A stretch of 64,000 nucleotides of DNA from Bdellovibrionales bacterium RIFOXYD12_FULL_39_22. Its GTDB lineage: Bacteria > Bdellovibrionota > Bacteriovoracia > Bacteriovoracales > Bacteriovoracaceae. Below the pieces are notes generated by a model. The model saw only the letters and a program-made list of their open reading frames with translations. It ran no database searches and was not told where the DNA came from. A program made the translations under genes and the position numbers. Shown one piece after another: positions 58,232 through 64,000 of the stretch (position 1 is its first letter; each line of letters opens with the position of its first letter). The stretch covers positions 1-64,000 of the forward strand of contig MEQL01000025.1 of NCBI GenBank assembly GCA_001770205.1, in the 5' to 3' direction.

Positions 58232-59557
58232 ATGAACGATTCCGCAGAAGGTGTATATAAGCGATTTGGTAAATATCTACTTCTAGACCATGTCGTTGAT
58301 GGTGGTATGGCCGAACTTTATATGGCCCGCGAATTGGCGGAAAATGTAGAAAAAATTGTTGCAGATAAAGTGGTCGCCATAAAGGTAATCAAAAAACAAT
58401 TCTCTGAAGACCCCAATTTTAAAAAGATGTTTTTGGATGAGATAAAAATTGCTTTCGGACTCGTTCACCCCAATATTGCCCAAACTTACAACTACGGTGA
58501 ACTAAGCGGAAAGATTTTTACCGTACTAGAGTATGTTCACGGACAAAACTTGCAGCAAATCAACAAAAGTTTAAAAAAGAAATCACTTTCCTTTCCTATT
58601 GAGATGGCGGTTTATATCGCGGCCCAAATCTGTCAAGGCCTTGATTATGCCCATAAGTTCACCGACAAGCTCTCTGGAAAAAAATTGAATCTCGTTCATC
58701 GCGATATCTCTCCTCACAATGTTATGCTTGATTATGATGGCATGGTAAAAGTAATAGATTTTGGAATTGCTAAAGCTGAAACTAACACTGAGGCCACGCA
58801 AGCAGGAACCATCAAAGGAAAAGTATCCTATATTGCCCCAGAGTATTTAGTAGAAGGTGGCAAAATTGATCATCGGTATGATCAATTTGCAGTAGGACTG
58901 GTGCTATGGGAAACGCTGGCCGGCCGAAAGGTTTTCTCCGGAGAAAACGATATGGCCATTTTGAAAAAAGTTTTTGAATGCAAAGTTCCAGCGCCCTCTT
59001 CTTTTAATCCCAACGTTCCCAAAGAACTAGAGGCCATCTTGGCCAAAGCGCTATCTCGCGATCCCAATAATCGCTTTCCAGATATGGATCAATTTGGCAG
59101 ACATCTAACAAAGTTTTTGCATGTGAAATATCCAGATTTTACGACTAACGATCTTGGCCAATTTTTGCAAAACAACTTCTCTTCCGAAGTGGTTGAAGCG
59201 CGTGAAAAATTAAAAGTTTTTGGAAAAATACCTCTTCGTCCCTTTTGCGAAGACCTAAAGGCCGAAATAGAAGGGCGGCCTTCTTCTGCCGATGCTCCAT
59301 CTCTACCCAACACAAATCTATTGGGTCAAGATGCCACTACTTCTCGAAAGTTATCTAGCGGCTCAAACACCGACTCGGCCATCGGCTCCTCTACGCAACG
59401 AAGAATTTTTGGACAAAGCTCCGTAACTGACACCAGTGATAAAACAATCAGTCCCTTTATCCAACAGATGCGTACAAAAAAACTAGAACAAACCAAAAGC
59501 AATATTCAAATACAAGATGTTCGCAAAGAGTTAGAAAAAAAAGAAAGAGGAAAGTAG
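58232..59557 (+). CDS. Hanks-type Ser/Thr protein kinase
   Basis: GGMA, VAIK, HRDISPHN, DFG, YIAPE; low-complexity C-terminus with no obvious TM. Confidence 0.95.
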   Translation: MNDSAEGVYKRFGKYLLLDHVVDGGMAELYMARELAENVEKIVADKVVAIKVIKKQFSEDPNFKKMFLDEIKIAFGLVHPNIAQTYNYGELSGKIFTVLEYVHGQNLQQINKSLKKKSLSFPIEMAVYIAAQICQGLDYAHKFTDKLSGKKLNLVHRDISPHNVMLDYDGMVKVIDFGIAKAETNTEATQAGTIKGKVSYIAPEYLVEGGKIDHRYDQFAVGLVLWETLAGRKVFSGENDMAILKKVFECKVPAPSSFNPNVPKELEAILAKALSRDPNNRFPDMDQFGRHLTKFLHVKYPDFTTNDLGQFLQNNFSSEVVEAREKLKVFGKIPLRPFCEDLKAEIEGRPSSADAPSLPNTNLLGQDATTSRKLSSGSNTDSAIGSSTQRRIFGQSSVTDTSDKTISPFIQQMRTKKLEQTKSNIQIQDVRKELEKKERGK

Positions 59558-59566
59558 TAGAAGCTA

Positions 59567-61417
59567 CTAGGACAGTTCTTTCTCGCGTCTGTACATCTCT
59601 TCAACCTTCTCGGAAAATCTGGCCAAAATAACTTTCTTTCTAAGTTTTAAAGAAGGAGTTAAATGCCCTCCCTCAATAGTGAATTCTTCTGGCGAAATAA
59701 TAAATTTCTTTATAGTTTCAAATTTTGCCAATTTCTGATTCAAGGCATTTATATCTGCCTGCACTAACGCTTGCACCTTCTCATTTACTGCCAACTCTGC
59801 GATGGTAACATTCTTTATCTCTTTTCCAATCCCCAAACTATCATATATTAGGCGAAAACGATCTATCTCTATTCCCACAATTGCTGTTAAATACTTTTGC
59901 TTATCTCCGATTACCATCAAATGACTAATATACCTCTGCGTTTTGGCCATATTTTCAATCTTTTGAGGTGCAATGTTTTTTCCTCCTGAGGTAATTATTA
60001 TATCTTTTTTACGATCAGTTATTTTTAAATGGCCATCCGCAGTCAATTCACCAATATCTCCAGAATAAAACCATCCATTTTTCATCACCTCATCCGTATG
60101 CTCTTTAGATTTATAATATTCTGAAAACATCGCTTCCGTTTTAATTAAAATTTCACCGTCTTCAGCAAAGCCAATTTGCACATCGCCAATAGGTATTCCT
60201 ACTGTCCCGGCCACTTGTTTCCAGGTGGGATTAACACAACAAGGAGCAATTGTTTCTGTCAGGCCATATCCCTCCAAAATAGTAAGGTTGGCGTTTTGCA
60301 AAAATTTTATTATTTTCACAGAAAGAGGTGCTCCTCCTGAAATAAAATAACGAACTCTTCCTCCAAAGCGATTATAGATTTTCGATAACACCAATTTATA
60401 GGCCAATTTGTGATTTAAAATCTCTTGCATGCTAGGAGCTTCTTCATTTTCTATCTTATTATAGTAAACTTCTGTAACCTCTTCGGCCCAAGCAAATAGT
60501 TTTTTCTTAATAAATGATCCTCCCTCTACCTGCTCCATAACCTTGGCATAAATTTTTTCAAAGATGCGAGGAACTGCAAACATAATTGTCGGGCGAACAA
60601 TTGCTAAATTATTAACTAAAGCATCTACCGACTCGGCATAAACGGTGCGATATCCCAAAACCAAAAACATCATTGAATCACAGCGGCCTAAAACATGAGA
60701 TAGAGGTAAAAAAGTTAAAGAACAGTCGTCATGCGAAAATTTTCCCTGAAAAGCAGTCCGAACATTTTCTAACATGGTGGTAAAAGCATGATTAGAAATA
60801 ACAGTTCCCTTTGGTTCCCCGGTAGTCCCAGAAGTATAGATTATCGAGACAACATCATTACCCTGCTGTTGTGCAACTATCTCCTCTAACCAATGCTTAT
60901 TCTCGTTGTAGCGCTTCTCTCCAAGCTTCTTAAACTCCTCCATGGTAAAAAATTTAATATCATTTCTTAAGTTTCCTTTTAAAAGATCACTAACTTCCTT
61001 AATTGAAATAATAGTGCGAAGTGCCGGAAGTTTTTTTTGCACTCTTATAATTTTCTCAAGTTGATCAGCACTATCTATTACCATCATAGAAGCACCAGAG
61101 TGATTAGAAATAAACTCCACTTCTTCTGCCAAATAAGTTGGATAGATGGGAACTGTTACGGCCCTAGAAGCAATGATGCTCATATCAAAAAGGTGCCACT
61201 CCAAAGAGGTATTTCCTAGTATGGCCACTTTATCTTGTACTGCAAGGCCAAGCTCTCTAAAACCATTTGCCAAAACATTTAAAACTTCCCAATAGCTGTT
61301 GTAGGAATAGAAATTAATTCGGCCATCACTTATACTGCCCATTAAATCTAAGTCGCCACCTTTTTTTACAACCTTCATTAAAAGCTTGCCAATTACCCTA
61401 GTATTGCCATCAACCAT
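59567..61417 (-). CDS. Long-chain fatty acid-CoA ligase (AMP-binding)
   Basis: YTSGTTGEPKG, LPLSH, VPRIFEK, EGYGLTET, SGDIG, DRKKD, TPSLK. Confidence 0.92.
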   Translation of the reverse strand: MVDGNTRVIGKLLMKVVKKGGDLDLMGSISDGRINFYSYNSYWEVLNVLANGFRELGLAVQDKVAILGNTSLEWHLFDMSIIASRAVTVPIYPTYLAEEVEFISNHSGASMMVIDSADQLEKIIRVQKKLPALRTIISIKEVSDLLKGNLRNDIKFFTMEEFKKLGEKRYNENKHWLEEIVAQQQGNDVVSIIYTSGTTGEPKGTVISNHAFTTMLENVRTAFQGKFSHDDCSLTFLPLSHVLGRCDSMMFLVLGYRTVYAESVDALVNNLAIVRPTIMFAVPRIFEKIYAKVMEQVEGGSFIKKKLFAWAEEVTEVYYNKIENEEAPSMQEILNHKLAYKLVLSKIYNRFGGRVRYFISGGAPLSVKIIKFLQNANLTILEGYGLTETIAPCCVNPTWKQVAGTVGIPIGDVQIGFAEDGEILIKTEAMFSEYYKSKEHTDEVMKNGWFYSGDIGELTADGHLKITDRKKDIIITSGGKNIAPQKIENMAKTQRYISHLMVIGDKQKYLTAIVGIEIDRFRLIYDSLGIGKEIKNVTIAELAVNEKVQALVQADINALNQKLAKFETIKKFIISPEEFTIEGGHLTPSLKLRKKVILARFSEKVEEMYRREKELS

Positions 61418-61474
61418 ACGTCTCCCTCTATTTCTATATCCTTTGCTACATTGTGATTATACTCGCATATACGC

Positions 61475-61501
61475 TAAAATAAAGTCAAAAAAAACCGACA
61501 A
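61475..61501 (+). promoter_or_regulatory. Putative sigma28 promoter TAAA-N15-ACCGACAA
   Basis: Correct spacing; upstream of a PilZ/YcgR-like gene. Confidence 0.55.
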
Positions 61502-61550
61502 GACAGTGAGGGGAATGCATCATGGCCATTGAACAAAACGGAGCTAGATT

Positions 61551-62534
61551 ATGAATGACGAAGAGATCGGGAATAAAATTCTTTTACTTATTGGGAAAGA
61601 AGAACGGATTAATAGTTTCACGAGCAATTGGATCCAAGCAAAATCAGGTCTGGCCACCGAACAAATTAATCGCGGCATTAAACATCTTGCCAATAATGGG
61701 GCCATCCAAAAAATTATTACTCCTGACTCTGGGCCCTTTGAATTTAGTAGTGTCATTCTTCTGCCGCGCGGTAAATATCTTTACTCCTATGTGGTTGAGG
61801 CCAATAACGTCTTGAGGGTCAGTTCTAATCAGTCCGAAGTTTTGAATTTCTTGACTATGGCGCAAACAAAAAATTTAAAAATTACTCTCTGGCAAAAGAT
61901 TCAGGATGAAGTTGTTATCAATTATGGTGAAATTCAAAATATTAACCGACAAAATAAATCCATTCAAATTTCCTTAGAAAATAGTCATATTAAATTCAAT
62001 ATGAATCAGTTAACTCACATTTTTATTCGCGATATTGATAACAGTGTTCTTTTTAAGGAATCCATTACTTTCGATGAAGGCCATCAACTAACTTTTGCTA
62101 TTCCAAAAAATCTTCGCATAATTGAAAAAAGATCCACCTCTCGTTATATTTTTAGCTCCCATGATCTCAAGGAAGTAAAGATTTCAAAAATTTCAGACTC
62201 CTCTTATCATCGAGTCATAGATTTTCAACTCTCTGACTTATCCAACCTGGGAATGTCTTTAATGGTATTGCCTGATGAAATTGATAAATTTGCCACCGGA
62301 GATACTTTTTTGATTCACAAAATGGCCTGTGAAACATTCACTCCACCACTACAGGCCTCGGTAATTTATATTGCTAAGAGCGAATACAAAAAGAAAAAGC
62401 GCTATTTTCGTGCCTTTAAAGTTGGTCTAAAATTTACTGACGTTTTAGACAATCGCATCGTCAACAGAGTTAATCTTGATGATACTACCCAAAAAGATGA
62501 TGATGACGATGATGATGAAAAAATCAGTGCATAG
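61551..62534 (+). CDS. PilZ-domain (YcgR-like) protein with a wHTH-like N-terminus
   Basis: KRSTSR (RxxxR) and DLSNLG (DxSxxG) c-di-GMP-binding motifs; acidic tail. Confidence 0.75.
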   Translation: MNDEEIGNKILLLIGKEERINSFTSNWIQAKSGLATEQINRGIKHLANNGAIQKIITPDSGPFEFSSVILLPRGKYLYSYVVEANNVLRVSSNQSEVLNFLTMAQTKNLKITLWQKIQDEVVINYGEIQNINRQNKSIQISLENSHIKFNMNQLTHIFIRDIDNSVLFKESITFDEGHQLTFAIPKNLRIIEKRSTSRYIFSSHDLKEVKISKISDSSYHRVIDFQLSDLSNLGMSLMVLPDEIDKFATGDTFLIHKMACETFTPPLQASVIYIAKSEYKKKKRYFRAFKVGLKFTDVLDNRIVNRVNLDDTTQKDDDDDDDEKISA

Positions 62535-62536
62535 AA

Positions 62537-64000
62537 TTATTGCTTTATCATACTCAACGCATCACATGAGCTTGCAGAGAACGATTTGTTGAGCTGAGTT
62601 CCTATTATTGCTCCGCTTGCAAAAACTTTAATATGTGATATTTCTTCCGCAACTTCCGGAAAAATTTTATCCACTAACTCCACATACTTTGAACGGGCAG
62701 CTAACGTTATGAATCTATCTATTAGTCGCTCCCCATTCTGATCATAGGCGTTCAATTCAATCTCCACGCTAGTATCTTCGATATTGGTAAGCGCTAATGT
62801 TACACTATCTTCTCTGGATAAATTGGTAAAAACGCCAGCATATATCCCCTCGCTAGCTGCCTCAACGCCGGCCGCACATCGTCCATCTGTTCGCCCATAG
62901 ACGACAATACCACTAATCGGAGTGGATGATATTATTTCTTGCCAATCACCATTGACGGCCTTGGAAAACTTTTTACGCTCCCCCAATGTAAGCTCCTGTT
63001 GTTGGATAATCTCCCCAGCTTTTGAAACCGATTTAATTGCTATTTTGCTGTTAACTGCTTCAAAATTAGTTAGTACTAATCCACTCCAAATTTCATTATC
63101 AGTTCGTGTTTCTGCAACATAAATTTTTCTTGCAATCTCATCTCCCAGTTGTGATCCTGAAAGATACCTGTTTTTTGACTCAGGCCTTGTTCCATTTAAG
63201 TTTAAGGCCACCACCCCTTCACTCCCACGAATAATAGCAGAAGATAGTGCGGGAACAACTTCTCCTTGAAACAGAGTATCCATAGTGAAAGCACGATGCT
63301 CCCCGGCCGCCAACGTGATATCTTTGTATATTTCACTGCCAAACGATAATTTTAAATTTTTAATTTGCGAAGTCGTATTTAAAAGCGCGAGTCCAGTCCA
63401 CCAAGTTTTATCAGACGCGATATGTGGCATATATATAGTTCCATTTGAAGGAATGGTAATAGCGCTGGCCACCACCGAATCTCCATCTTTTTGAGAAAAC
63501 TTTAAATGCCCACGAACGTTGGCCCCTCGATCTTTAACATAAATCATACTTTTAATTTTGGCCGGATCACTAAAAACTTCCTCTACCTGAACTGTAATCT
63601 TGCGGTTAGGGGCCAGCAAAATATTTTTCTGTTCTATAACATTCCCTGCCTCATCAAAAGCGTAAAGCCACCCATTAACTTCCTTCATGTCATTAATATT
63701 TACCAAAACGACTTCACTATCCCAACCGCTGTTTGCGGCAATATGAGGGAAGTATAGTCTGTCATCAAAATATGCCCAGTTAATTATTGCTCCAAGATCT
63801 GCATGAAAATGACTATGATGATTGTAGGCCACCACTTCGTCTCCACCAATGAATTTATTAAATAACGCGTCTACCACTTCTTTCCCGTAACGCGCACTGG
63901 CCTTTTCTTTCGTATAAATCACCAATTTCTCATTTGCCGAAATCCTTACTTCCGGAAAGGCCTGTGATAGCATCTTCCATATTTTATAAGTGCGATCCCA
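62537..64000 (-). CDS. C-terminal part of a large protein with repeated beta-rich modules (5' end outside window)
   Basis: Frame stays open to the window edge (WDRTYKIWK-MLSQ). Repeats LYFPHIA...WDSEVVLVN, IYMPHIA..WWTGLALLN, IYVAET...WSGLVLTN. Confidence 0.7.
   Translation of the reverse strand, partial: WDRTYKIWKMLSQAFPEVRISANEKLVIYTKEKASARYGKEVVDALFNKFIGGDEVVAYNHHSHFHADLGAIINWAYFDDRLYFPHIAANSGWDSEVVLVNINDMKEVNGWLYAFDEAGNVIEQKNILLAPNRKITVQVEEVFSDPAKIKSMIYVKDRGANVRGHLKFSQKDGDSVVASAITIPSNGTIYMPHIASDKTWWTGLALLNTTSQIKNLKLSFGSEIYKDITLAAGEHRAFTMDTLFQGEVVPALSSAIIRGSEGVVALNLNGTRPESKNRYLSGSQLGDEIARKIYVAETRTDNEIWSGLVLTNFEAVNSKIAIKSVSKAGEIIQQQELTLGERKKFSKAVNGDWQEIISSTPISGIVVYGRTDGRCAAGVEAASEGIYAGVFTNLSREDSVTLALTNIEDTSVEIELNAYDQNGERLIDRFITLAARSKYVELVDKIFPEVAEEISHIKVFASGAIIGTQLNKSFSASSCDALSMIKQ

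Noticed and set aside
59567..61417. menE (OSB-CoA ligase) completing the men cluster
   Set aside because: Length and motifs (VPRIFEK, TPSLK) fit long-chain acyl-CoA ligases, and the gene is unlinked and on the opposite strand.
1..64000. CRISPR arrays, tRNA/rRNA, IS elements, prophage
   Set aside because: No regularly spaced direct repeats, cloverleaf-like segments, transposase, integrase or phage structural motifs seen by eye; intergenic gaps are short.

Overview
AT-rich (roughly 36-38% GC by eye), gene-dense bacterial chromosomal segment with about 55 CDS. I found no rRNA, tRNA, CRISPR array or transposase. A TIGR02147/DUF4423-type regulator, many secreted hypotheticals (one with an RxPA motif), an expanded HD-GYP-like family and sigma28/sigma54 promoters suggest a Bdellovibrionota (Bacteriovoracia/Oligoflexia-like) genome; this placement is inference. 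Housekeeping genes include guaA, trxB, menF-menD-menB, tex, a DAHP synthase-chorismate mutase fusion and an acyl-CoA ligase. The standout is a divergent 7-gene cluster at 6004-13389: two paralogous TRAM-less methylthiotransferase-like radical SAM enzymes, two class I methyltransferases (one CpaM-like), a membrane HgcAB-like corrinoid-ferredoxin fusion (NVWCAAGAG) and IorAB. It is a candidate undescribed cobalamin/radical SAM methylation or methylthiolation pathway, probably not mercury methylation. Other notable signals: about 10-fold GGCC enrichment in hand-counted samples, a 34-bp perfect inverted repeat, two sigma54 promoters with identical geometry, a secreted amidoligase-like protein, three multiheme cytochromes and a mosaic left end (1-1690). 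All product calls come from motif reading, not database searches.
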